Below, piece after piece: positions 1 to 7,831 of a DNA stretch of 64,000 bases. Numbering within the stretch: the stretch's first letter is position 1; each line of letters starts with the position of its first letter. This DNA is from Patescibacteria group bacterium (GTDB lineage: Bacteria; Patescibacteriota; Patescibacteriia; UBA10025; JBIOWE01): NCBI GenBank assembly GCA_044868145.1, contig JBIOWE010000013.1, positions 6,611 through 70,610 of the forward strand, written 5' to 3'. Position numbers and translations under genes: made by a program. The notes beneath the pieces are model-generated. The model ran no database searches. It was not told the origin of the DNA and saw nothing but the letters and a program-made list of their open reading frames with translations.

Positions 1-625
1 CATCTTTGCCAAACTGAATGGTGCGCGTGAAGTGGCCGCCACCGGATGGAAGCGTAAACAGCTGTTCTTTACCGGAAACCGTGAACTCTGCGCCGTTGTA
101 CTTATAGCGACTCACTTGGCCTTCTTCAGCCACGTAGAGCCACGTTACATCGCCTGCGCGGAGGAACGCCAGGCCATGAGGATTATCAAGTCCTGACGCT
201 AACGTCTTGACTGCATCCGCCGTACCATCCGCATTCGCATCAGGCAGCGCAAGCACGTTCCCTGCCCCGGTAATACTGACAACAAGCGTTCCGTTGGGAT
301 CGAATGCCAACACGCGGGCGTGGCCGATGTCCTTCGCAAATAAACCAATCGAGAAACCGGCTGGCAGCGTGAGCGGGAACTCAACTGGCTGGCCAGTAGG
401 CAACACCTTTTTTACAGCGTTGACGTTGGATGCCGCATTGGCATTCTCTGCGGTGTTCGTGTTTTCGAATCGAACTTCCGTATTGGTGTTCAAATAATCC
501 GTTACGGTTTGAGAAGACGGGAAGAACGCAGGCTTAATGCCGCGCAAAAATAAAAACCAGGCAGCAGTCGCTGCGCCAGCCATGAGTAATACGACGATAA
601 TAACGGTGCGTGTCCTTTTATTCAT
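1..625 (-). CDS. PQQ-dependent sugar/sorbosone dehydrogenase-family beta-propeller protein, membrane-anchored; 3' end runs off the window
   Basis: Manual translation from ATG at 625 gives MNKRTRTVIIVVLLMAG..., then LPAGFSIGLFAKDIGHARVLAFDPNG...DANADGTAD...GLDNPHGLAF...GGGHFTRTI, typical of the family. Absent from the ORF track because it is truncated. Confidence 0.8.
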   Translation of the reverse strand, partial: MNKRTRTVIIVVLLMAGAATAAWFLFLRGIKPAFFPSSQTVTDYLNTNTEVRFENTNTAENANAASNVNAVKKVLPTGQPVEFPLTLPAGFSIGLFAKDIGHARVLAFDPNGTLVVSITGAGNVLALPDANADGTADAVKTLASGLDNPHGLAFLRAGDVTWLYVAEEGQVSRYKYNGAEFTVSGKEQLFTLPSGGGHFTRTIQFGKD

Positions 626-771
626 ACGCTTAAATCATACCATAAACACAAGTGCGATGTAACCGCGCTGTAAGAAACAAGCTACCAACCTTGTGACCCC
701 GCTTGTCGCGAGTGATGGGGTTGACAAACAGAGTATATCTGCTATGATGCCTTGATAAAACAGGAGGAAAC

Positions 772-1254
772 GTGCTCTTTCAAAAATCTCTGGAATCAAT
801 GTTCCAAAGTTTAGAAGATCAACTTGGCAAGGCACCGCCCGCCGCAAAGGAAAAAATCTTTGACTTTATTACCGGCATTCCTGCGATTGATTTCAATCCC
901 AAGCTTGGGCGAGAAATTATGATAGGTCTCGCTAAAAGCGCAGGCATGAAGCTCGACATTCCTCACACCTTTGACCTGCAGGAATTATTATCGGAACTCG
1001 CAAGCTGTCTTAGCAAGATCGCGAAACATTTATGCGATTCCATTAAAGACCCGGTGTCCCCCATTGAGGCATCCACGGTTCTGTTCGTGGCTTATACAAA
1101 ATCCTACTTGTGGCATGGCAAAGGCGGCAATATAGGAGTCGTCGCCATCGTAACATTGACGCCGGAAAGCCTTAAGAAAATTCAGGATTCGTTGGGCCTC
1201 AAGAACAAGCAGGCGATAAAGCTAGAGGATTTGCTCCAGAATGGACATTTTTAA
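772..1254 (+). CDS. hypothetical protein (160 aa)
   Basis: GTG start with AGGAGG SD (762-767). Promoter TTGACA(721)-16-TATGAT with an extended -10 TG. Terminator at 1272-1299. Confidence 0.7.
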   Translation: MLFQKSLESMFQSLEDQLGKAPPAAKEKIFDFITGIPAIDFNPKLGREIMIGLAKSAGMKLDIPHTFDLQELLSELASCLSKIAKHLCDSIKDPVSPIEASTVLFVAYTKSYLWHGKGGNIGVVAIVTLTPESLKKIQDSLGLKNKQAIKLEDLLQNGHF

Positions 1255-1271
1255 TCAGGCTTCATAGAATC

Positions 1272-1299
1272 AAAAGCTCGCAAAACAATGCGGGCTTTT
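1272..1299. terminator. bidirectional intrinsic terminator
   Basis: AAAAGCTCGCA...TGCGGGCTTTT hairpin between convergent genes. Confidence 0.65.
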
Positions 1300-1951
1300 A
1301 TTTTTTCTGCAATTCTCGCAGCGCGTCCTTGGCAACCCACCGCGCCGACGGACTATCGAGGTTTTGGACGGTGCGTGCAAGCTGAATGGCGTGGCGCTTC
1401 AGTGATGCGTTCCGTTTCCCAATCTGGCGCAATGCCCAATTGACCGCTTTTTTGACAAAGTTACGATTGTCGGTCGCGCCGCGTTTGATGAACGGAAAGA
1501 ATTGTACAAACTTCGCGTCAGCCGACGTTTTGTTATGCCACGCAAGCGCAGCCATCATCGCAAAGCCCGCTCGTTTAACGAATTCCTGCTTGCTCCTTGC
1601 CCACTGCTTTGCCTTCGCAAACGCAAAGGGCGTTTTGTCGAACAGGTTCATGCATACTTGGTCGCACACGTCCCAGCTGTCGAACTCCTTTACCCATGCG
1701 TCCATTTGCTTTGAAGTCACTTGTTTTGGGTTATCAACCATACTAGCAAGTATGCGGGCTTCATGAATGCCGGACCTCCAGAGTTGTTGAGCGAGCAGGT
1801 GGTTCTTCCCTATATCTTTCGCCATCTTCCGTAAAATTGGAACGCTCACGCCAAGCGGCTTATGGGCGTTGATGCCAAACCGTGCCATGCCAGCCACATT
1901 CTTCGGGTCTGCATGAGACTTCAACTTTTTCAAAATTTTTGTGACTTCCAT
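1298..1951 (-). CDS. DNA alkylation repair protein (AlkD-like HEAT-repeat glycosylase family)
   Basis: LGVSVPILRKMAK, HEARILA, FDSWDVCD, EFVKRAGF and NFVKKAVNWALRQIGKRN motifs. Confidence 0.85.
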   Translation of the reverse strand: MEVTKILKKLKSHADPKNVAGMARFGINAHKPLGVSVPILRKMAKDIGKNHLLAQQLWRSGIHEARILASMVDNPKQVTSKQMDAWVKEFDSWDVCDQVCMNLFDKTPFAFAKAKQWARSKQEFVKRAGFAMMAALAWHNKTSADAKFVQFFPFIKRGATDNRNFVKKAVNWALRQIGKRNASLKRHAIQLARTVQNLDSPSARWVAKDALRELQKK

Positions 1952-2021
1952 ATTTTGTGTTCAATTGCGTATTACGCATTCCGAATTACGTATTAATCCA
2001 AAATTCGCAATTCGTAATTCT

Positions 2022-2414
2022 TTAATCCTGGCCTGTTTTCCTTCGCTTTTTCTCCCATGCCCGGACTTTTCCTTCATCGAATCCAAAATAATGCGCAATT
2101 TCATGGTGCACGACTTCGTGGACAAGCTTGCGCACGTTTTCAGGATAAGGTCCGGCAAGATGCTCGATCACATGCTTGAATATGGTAATCTTGTCGGGCA
2201 GAACGCCGCTGTAGCCCGCACTCCGCTTGTGGAGTGGGATGCCCTCATACAATCCCAAAAGAACTCCGCGTGCTTTGATCTGACGCTCTTTCATTCGCGC
2301 CGGCCTCGCATCGTCTTCCACGACAAATGCGACGTTTTCAATTCGCCTGCGTATCTGTTCTGGTACCGCGAGAATGGCTTCGTGGATATATTGTTCAAAC
2401 ACTTCTCTATTCAT
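2022..2414 (-). CDS. minimal zincin-like metallopeptidase family protein
   Basis: LLGLYEGIP, PDKITIF and HEIAHYFG (HExxH) motifs. Confidence 0.85.
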   Translation of the reverse strand: MNREVFEQYIHEAILAVPEQIRRRIENVAFVVEDDARPARMKERQIKARGVLLGLYEGIPLHKRSAGYSGVLPDKITIFKHVIEHLAGPYPENVRKLVHEVVHHEIAHYFGFDEGKVRAWEKKRRKTGQD

Positions 2415-2818
2415 TATTTCTCAATTACGTATTGCACATTGCCAATTTTGCTTTGCTTATATCGCTGAAGGTAGACGATAAATCCACCAATTTGTTGGGC
2501 GATTCTCTTCAACTCGTTGTTCATTTTCTCAAAATCTTCCTTTCCGATGTACTCAACTGACAGAGCTACATACAGATGATTTCGTACTTCTCCGATAGAT
2601 CCTTTGGAGATTCGCAGGTAGCGCGAGAATTCATTATTATTGTTTTTCTCAAAACCTTCAACAATATTCGCGGTCACGGAAATCATCGCTCGTCGAATTT
2701 GATCTCGCAGGCCGTAATCTCTACTCCAGGGAAGACGGGCAGATACGTCATAAATGATTTTCGTCAAACGAAGAGCATCCCTCCAAATTGGCAAATCCTC
2801 AAAGGCATTATACCGCAT
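2414..2818 (-). CDS. four helix bundle protein (23S rRNA intervening-sequence protein family)
   Basis: FEDLPIW...YGLRDQIRRAMISVTANIVEGF...FSRYLRISKGSIGEV. Confidence 0.9.
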   Translation of the reverse strand: MRYNAFEDLPIWRDALRLTKIIYDVSARLPWSRDYGLRDQIRRAMISVTANIVEGFEKNNNNEFSRYLRISKGSIGEVRNHLYVALSVEYIGKEDFEKMNNELKRIAQQIGGFIVYLQRYKQSKIGNVQYVIEK

Positions 2819-2963
2819 AATGTTTTCTTATGAAAAAATAAATTCCCCAGAGTTTCTTGGGGAAGGACGTCTCAATATAAGATAGCATGGAATAAAACCA
2901 AAGTCAAGAATGTAATGAGAGGTTTGCCTGGAATCCGTAATGCGTAATTCGAAATGCGTAATT

Positions 2964-3680
2964 CTATGATACTCTCATCCAATTGTCCGGCGTGATGTCT
3001 GCATCGAAAAACGCCGTCAGTTGATCCGACCGCACAATATCGTTTTTCAGTTTTTGAACACCCCGCTCAAACGCCTCCAAAAACGCAAACGGATCAATGC
3101 CAAAATGAATCACGCCGAAATCAGTATTCGAAGCATTATGCAGATGCGGCGGTCCCACAATCGGGCCGTCTTTTTTTTCGTAGAGAGAAAACGCCACTTT
3201 GAAATAGCTGATGGAACGAAACTCGCTAGGCGATACACCGCCCTGCGCGATCAAATACTGTTTTAATTCCTGAAACATGGCTGCGTTATCCGCTTTCAAA
3301 CGCATAAACAGCTGGAAATTATTATGCTCAATGCTGTTGCGGAGCAGGCGCAGCCCCACGTAGTCAATCGGCTCAAGACCAAGATACGCTTTATAGAATT
3401 GTAGGAAGTCTTGGTAGCGGACTGTGGTTTTACCAAGAGCGAGCATAGTAGCTGTTTTGATGGCAATATGCACGAGCAAGAACGCCGGCAGGTGGGTTGA
3501 AACATCCTGTCGCGCCTGCTCACCGAACGTTCCTGCCAGCAACAAAATTTGCCGGCGCATCAAAAAGAGCGGCGCAAACGCCGTTGGCGGTTTCGCGATC
3601 TTCAAATACAACTGCGCATACTCCGATTCCGGCTTCTTCGGATCAAAGAAGTACAACGCCAGCTTGTCTGCAACATCCAT
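2964..3680 (-). CDS. hypothetical protein, possible HEPN-like nuclease
   Basis: 238-aa ORF containing LRNSIEH (R-x4-H). Confidence 0.55.
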   Translation of the reverse strand: MDVADKLALYFFDPKKPESEYAQLYLKIAKPPTAFAPLFLMRRQILLLAGTFGEQARQDVSTHLPAFLLVHIAIKTATMLALGKTTVRYQDFLQFYKAYLGLEPIDYVGLRLLRNSIEHNNFQLFMRLKADNAAMFQELKQYLIAQGGVSPSEFRSISYFKVAFSLYEKKDGPIVGPPHLHNASNTDFGVIHFGIDPFAFLEAFERGVQKLKNDIVRSDQLTAFFDADITPDNWMRVS

Positions 3681-3821
3681 ATATCTTCATTGTACCCTTC
3701 TCGCGCCAAAAAATCACCCTCTGGGTAATGCAAGGTATCATTACACGTTATGTTAGGAGACACAGCTCATCACGCAAAAACCCAGGATGACCTGGGCATT
3801 TGCGTTGGGCTGGGTCTTGGC

Positions 3822-4049
3822 CTAGTTTACGGGCCAGAATGGTCCTTCAGAAGGTCCTCCAGCAGGATTACCTCCAAAGGCTGGCGTCGACATTACACGA
3901 TCAGACACCGTGATTGGACCTGTGGCAAGAAAAATACCAGAATTTCCATTGACTGGGCAAACATTGACTTGTGCTGCGCTCGCAACTGCACCAAACGCGA
4001 AGACAGTAATTGTCGCAGCAAGTAGGCTAATAAACAACGTTTTTCTCAT
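3822..4049 (-). CDS. small secreted protein (75 aa)
   Basis: Signal peptide MRKTLF...AVASAA, strong SD AAGGGAGGTGA, own promoter TTGACA-17-TACAAT, downstream hairpin at 3776-3800. Confidence 0.75.
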   Translation of the reverse strand: MRKTLFISLLAATITVFAFGAVASAAQVNVCPVNGNSGIFLATGPITVSDRVMSTPAFGGNPAGGPSEGPFWPVN

Positions 4050-4076
4050 GCACTATCACCTCCCTTCAAAATGAAA

Positions 4077-4134
4077 TGTAAAGTCTACTTTACATTGTAA
4101 ACGAATGAAAAGCACCTGTCAAGTTAACTTGACA
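4077..4134. promoter_or_regulatory. two palindromic operators (TGTMAAG-N4-CTTKACA) overlapping the promoter of the 75-aa gene
   Basis: TGTAAAG-tcta-CTTTACA at 4077-4094 and TGTCAAG-ttaa-CTTGACA at 4117-4134. Confidence 0.7.
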
Positions 4135-4153
4135 GGCCCTGTGGATAAATTCC

Positions 4154-4516
4154 TTACCGCTTGGCGCTCGCGTAGGAAAGCGCCAGCATCTTCGTCAGAA
4201 CCATGACACCGAGCCCAACAACAAGCCACGGATCGAGCTGATGCCGAACACTCTGCACAATGACACCGAGAAGAAGGACGCTTGTCCCCACCAAGAATGC
4301 AACTCGTCCAGCGAGCATCCGGTGTATTCCCTCTCGCTCGTCCCGCGCCTGTTCCCGCCACACGTACACCCCGAATACCACGAAGACGATGAGAATAACG
4401 ATGCTCATCATCATCGTGAGACTGTCCGGCATAAGGAAGCCAAACGGGTTTAACAGTGCTGTCAAGAGTAAAAGGAAAATAACGACCACAGTGATCTCGC
4501 CAATATTATTTTCCAT
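4154..4516 (-). CDS. 4-TM membrane protein with DERE motif (DUF2178-like), partner of the XRE regulator
   Basis: Hydrophobic helices and EQARDEREG motif; overlaps the XRE stop codon. Confidence 0.75.
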   Translation of the reverse strand: MENNIGEITVVVIFLLLLTALLNPFGFLMPDSLTMMMSIVILIVFVVFGVYVWREQARDEREGIHRMLAGRVAFLVGTSVLLLGVIVQSVRHQLDPWLVVGLGVMVLTKMLALSYASAKR

Positions 4517-4712
4517 AAGAAAAAATACGTTCAATTGGTTTGTGAAAATACGCCGCAATTTTCATCGCTAACAAGACGGAAGGCGCGTAGTTTCCCTTTT
4601 CAATCGCAATGATTGTCTGCCGCGTAACGCCAACAGCGCGAGCAAGCTCTTCTTGGCTAATCCCTGCCCGCATACGGAGCTTGTAGACATTATTGATCAC
4701 GCGTTCACCCAT
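4506..4712 (-). CDS. XRE/Cro-family HTH transcriptional regulator
   Basis: ISQEELARAVGVTRQTIIAIEKGNYAPSVLLAMKIAAYF. Confidence 0.9.
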   Translation of the reverse strand: MGERVINNVYKLRMRAGISQEELARAVGVTRQTIIAIEKGNYAPSVLLAMKIAAYFHKPIERIFSYGK

Positions 4713-4749
4713 AAGAAAAGCAATGTGAGTATAAAACAAAACAGCGTCC

Positions 4750-4767
4750 TGTCAAGACTCCTTTACA
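4750..4767. promoter_or_regulatory. third operator copy overlapping the -35 of the XRE promoter (autoregulation)
   Basis: TGTCAAG-actc-CTTTACA; minus-strand TTGACA-16-TATACT. Confidence 0.65.
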
Positions 4768-4793
4768 TGGTCGAGCACTAAACAATCTTAAAA

Positions 4794-4864
4794 CTGCGGG
4801 ACTAGGATTCGAACCTAGATTCCCAGGTTCAGAGCCTGGTTGCCTACCATTAGCAGATCCCGCA
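4794..4864 (-). tRNA. tRNA-Gln(CTG)
   Basis: Reverse complement TGCGGGA...CCAGGCTCTGAACCTGG...GGTTCGAATCC...TCCCGCAG forms a cloverleaf. Confidence 0.93.
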
Positions 4865-4906
4865 CCGAATCAATATGGTATCACTGAGGCAGAATCCATG
4901 CAACTA

Positions 4907-6457
4907 CTAGCTGTCCGACACCACAGACCCGCCAAACGTGCTAAGGATATCTTGGAATATTCCCGATTCTTGTTCTTTTGACAACTGGAACTTGGTGAAT
5001 TCCGCTTCCGGCACCACCTTGGTTTTAATGCGCACCGGGCTGCCGATCAGGTCGGTAAACATTTTCTCCAGCAAAAGCAAGGTCTTGTTTCCTTTCGCTT
5101 GCTCCTCGTGCAGTTTGAATCGGAAGCCGATGGTCAACTTTCCGTCGCTGACCGCGAGCGGCACGCCTGCCTGTAAAATCATCGCAAGCGCATGGTTTGA
5201 TCCATTCACACTTGTTAAAACGCTTGCCCACGTTTTTTGCACATCTGCAAGGGTAAAATGTGCTTTAGCGCCCTTTTTTTGCGCTGGCTGAACAGTTGGG
5301 ATTGCTTTGGACTCAACCATTCTTTCCTGCCGCGGTTTTGGGGGTTCAACTGCTGCCATCGACTGCCCTCCCTCGCACAATTCAATAGCTGCAAGCTCAA
5401 GCGGAAGCTGGGGCAACGGAGAGGAGCGAAAATCGCGTACTTTATTCATGAACAGTTCAATCATGCGTACGACATCGCGCGAGGACACGAGCTTGCCAAA
5501 TTCCAAAATCTTTTTACGCTCTTCTTCGTCAACGTCGAGCGAAGAGAACTGATCCAACGAGCTAGTTACGGAGTACAGGAGCAAGCGCCGAAGAAACTCG
5601 ATCACGTCTTTCGTCAATTCTTGCAAGTTTACTCCCTCATCAGCCGCTCGATTCACGAACCCAATCGCATTCGTTAAATCTCGGTGAATGAGGTAACCGA
5701 CAAATTCGATGACCAGGGCGATGTCCGATCGCGGCAAAACGATGTCGGCTTCTTCCTCGGTAATTTCTTTACCGCCAATGGCGAAGAGTTGCGACAGAAA
5801 TACCTCAGCGTCCCGCACCGAACCGTCTGCGCGACGGCTGATACGGTCGAGTACCGAGTCTTCGACTTTCACGCTTTCCATCTGCGCAAGATATGACAGC
5901 CGCTTTTTCAAGTCCTGTATCGTCACTTTCTTAAAATCGAATCGTTGGCAGCGCGATATGATCGTGGCAGGCACTTTGTGTATTTCCGTCGTCGCCAGAA
6001 TAAAAATAACGTGTTGTGGCGGTTCTTCGAGCGTTTTCAAAAGCGCATTAAACGCCGAGGTCGAAAGCATGTGCACCTCGTCAATAACAAACACTTTATA
6101 CGGCGCCCGCGTCGGGGTGAACCGCGCATTCTCGATAATATTTTCGCGAACGTTGTCCACGCCCGTATGGGACGCCGCGTCCATCTCGATAAAATCGATG
6201 AATCGCCCTGCGGCGAGCTCCGTGCAAAAATCGCATTTGTTGCATGGCTCATGGCCCTTACGGTTTTTGCAGTTCACGGCCTTGGCAAAAAGACGCGCAA
6301 TCGTCGTTTTTCCGACGCCGCGTGGGCCAGCGAATAGGTAGGCGTGGCTGATTTTCCCGCGTTCGATCTCGTTTGCCAACGTCACCTTGATGTGGTTTTG
6401 GCCAACGACTTCATCAAACGTTTTTGGGCGATATCGACGGTACAAGACGTCCGACAT
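4907..6457 (-). CDS. dnaX: DNA polymerase III subunit gamma/tau
   Basis: LYRRYRP, GPRGVGKTT, Zn-binding Cys, IDEVHMLS, NALLKTLEEPP, SRCQRF. Confidence 0.97.
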   Translation of the reverse strand: MSDVLYRRYRPKTFDEVVGQNHIKVTLANEIERGKISHAYLFAGPRGVGKTTIARLFAKAVNCKNRKGHEPCNKCDFCTELAAGRFIDFIEMDAASHTGVDNVRENIIENARFTPTRAPYKVFVIDEVHMLSTSAFNALLKTLEEPPQHVIFILATTEIHKVPATIISRCQRFDFKKVTIQDLKKRLSYLAQMESVKVEDSVLDRISRRADGSVRDAEVFLSQLFAIGGKEITEEEADIVLPRSDIALVIEFVGYLIHRDLTNAIGFVNRAADEGVNLQELTKDVIEFLRRLLLYSVTSSLDQFSSLDVDEEERKKILEFGKLVSSRDVVRMIELFMNKVRDFRSSPLPQLPLELAAIELCEGGQSMAAVEPPKPRQERMVESKAIPTVQPAQKKGAKAHFTLADVQKTWASVLTSVNGSNHALAMILQAGVPLAVSDGKLTIGFRFKLHEEQAKGNKTLLLLEKMFTDLIGSPVRIKTKVVPEAEFTKFQLSKEQESGIFQDILSTFGGSVVSDS

Positions 6458-6529
6458 AATAAAAAAATCGCATTAAGTGTGCGACTTTATTGTAGAGGAA
6501 TCACAACGACAAAGCAAGCGATCGCGGAC

Positions 6530-7153
6530 CTACTCCAAATCGTTTACGTTTTGTTCGACAGGCACGGTATCAGTTGCGTCGCCGGTCATGTGCGCCATGG
6601 AAGCGCCTGAACCTTGTTTAATCACATTTTCGACCGCGGCCCACGAACTTTCGCCGCTCTTCGGAACAAGCAGCACCACTTCATCTCCCGCCGCCCCCTT
6701 GAAATACGTAATGGACGCGAGCAAAACCTTATACACTCGGTCTCCGGCAAGCACGCGAAATTCATCCGTCATTTCATCTTTGGATAAAGCACCGACCAAA
6801 CGGACCCTTTCTACCGGACCGATTTGTTTATAAATGAATGATCCATCGCCAGCAATGGTGAGCTTGAGCACGTCTCCTTCGACGAGTTTAGATTTTGAGG
6901 CGTAGTTCGCTGGCACGCTATATTTCTTGCCGTCAGGTCCAACCATCTGCTGCCCGTCGAACACTCCCTCGATGACTTTCTCCTCGCCTTCAACATCTTG
7001 CGTTCCGACGTTGCGCGCTTTGCTCGTCGCTAACCCTTGGTCAACATCGCGACCGCCGAGTAATTCAGAAAGCAGCATCTTCGCGTTCTGCAGAGATGCG
7101 TCGGCAGTCTCGATTAATTTTTTTATTTGATCCAATTTGTTTTGGTTTGGCAT
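6530..7153 (-). CDS. conserved hypothetical protein (CPR-type, EGVFDG...YSVPANYASKSKLVEGD)
   Basis: Clean 207-aa ORF within the operon; motif recalled from CPR genomes. Confidence 0.75.
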   Translation of the reverse strand: MPNQNKLDQIKKLIETADASLQNAKMLLSELLGGRDVDQGLATSKARNVGTQDVEGEEKVIEGVFDGQQMVGPDGKKYSVPANYASKSKLVEGDVLKLTIAGDGSFIYKQIGPVERVRLVGALSKDEMTDEFRVLAGDRVYKVLLASITYFKGAAGDEVVLLVPKSGESSWAAVENVIKQGSGASMAHMTGDATDTVPVEQNVNDLE

Positions 7154-7221
7154 ACATTTCTGTTTTACCTCTTTTCGGTTTTCTTTTTTGTGTTGATTTC
7201 CCGAGGTTTTTGTTTGCTTCT

Positions 7222-7800
7222 TTATTCTATACCTAAGCTGCTTGCTGGGTCAAGTACCTTATTTGTAGGCGCAAAGACGTAAGAAAAAATTGGCGTCGAG
7301 CGGGAATCTGGTTTATCCACCGATTCAACGTCCCAACCGGGCAAAAAGAACGCATACGATATGACGCGCGTCCCGGGTCTCAACTCACGCTTAAATTTCT
7401 CCGAAAGTTTTTGCATTGCCTTTGGCGTCAAAAAACAAAAGATCACGTCGGCCTGCGACAGATCCGTTCGAAAAAAATCTGCGAAACGCACATAGCCCCG
7501 TTTACGCTGGCCAAGCGCGAAAAGCTTAACCCATGACCACAGAAAAAGCGGCATGGACACTTCGTAGCCTATTACGCGCGCTTGCGTCGTGTTCACCATG
7601 GCGGAGATCACACGGCCATCGCCTGAACCGAGGTCATACACGAGTTCATTATCGCGAATTCGCGCGAGACGCAAAATACGCTCAATATCTTTTTTCCAAA
7701 CGGGAATCCACGGCGCCGCCACAAAACCTGCGTACGCGGCCGTGCCAAAAAACAGCAGTACGCCAAAAAATAAAATCAAGGGTGCGAGAACATCGTTCAT
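7222..7800 (-). CDS. membrane-anchored class I SAM-dependent methyltransferase
   Basis: N-terminal TM, APWIP, YDLGSGDGR, ELRPGTRVISYAF. Confidence 0.88.
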   Translation of the reverse strand: MNDVLAPLILFFGVLLFFGTAAYAGFVAAPWIPVWKKDIERILRLARIRDNELVYDLGSGDGRVISAMVNTTQARVIGYEVSMPLFLWSWVKLFALGQRKRGYVRFADFFRTDLSQADVIFCFLTPKAMQKLSEKFKRELRPGTRVISYAFFLPGWDVESVDKPDSRSTPIFSYVFAPTNKVLDPASSLGIE

Positions 7801-7831
7801 ACCCTGTTAGTATAGGATTCTTACGGCGGTT

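Noticed and set aside
1961-2158. 65-aa ORF ending ...LRIANFGLIRNSECVIRN
   Set aside because: Its C-terminus is simply the translated heptamer array, and it overlaps the zincin gene in another frame.
2414-2818. Diversity-generating retroelement (Avd-like gene)
   Set aside because: No reverse transcriptase is present, and I found no TR/VR pair differing at adenines. The 29.1-29.3 kb RNA does not resemble the 3' end of the adjacent gene.
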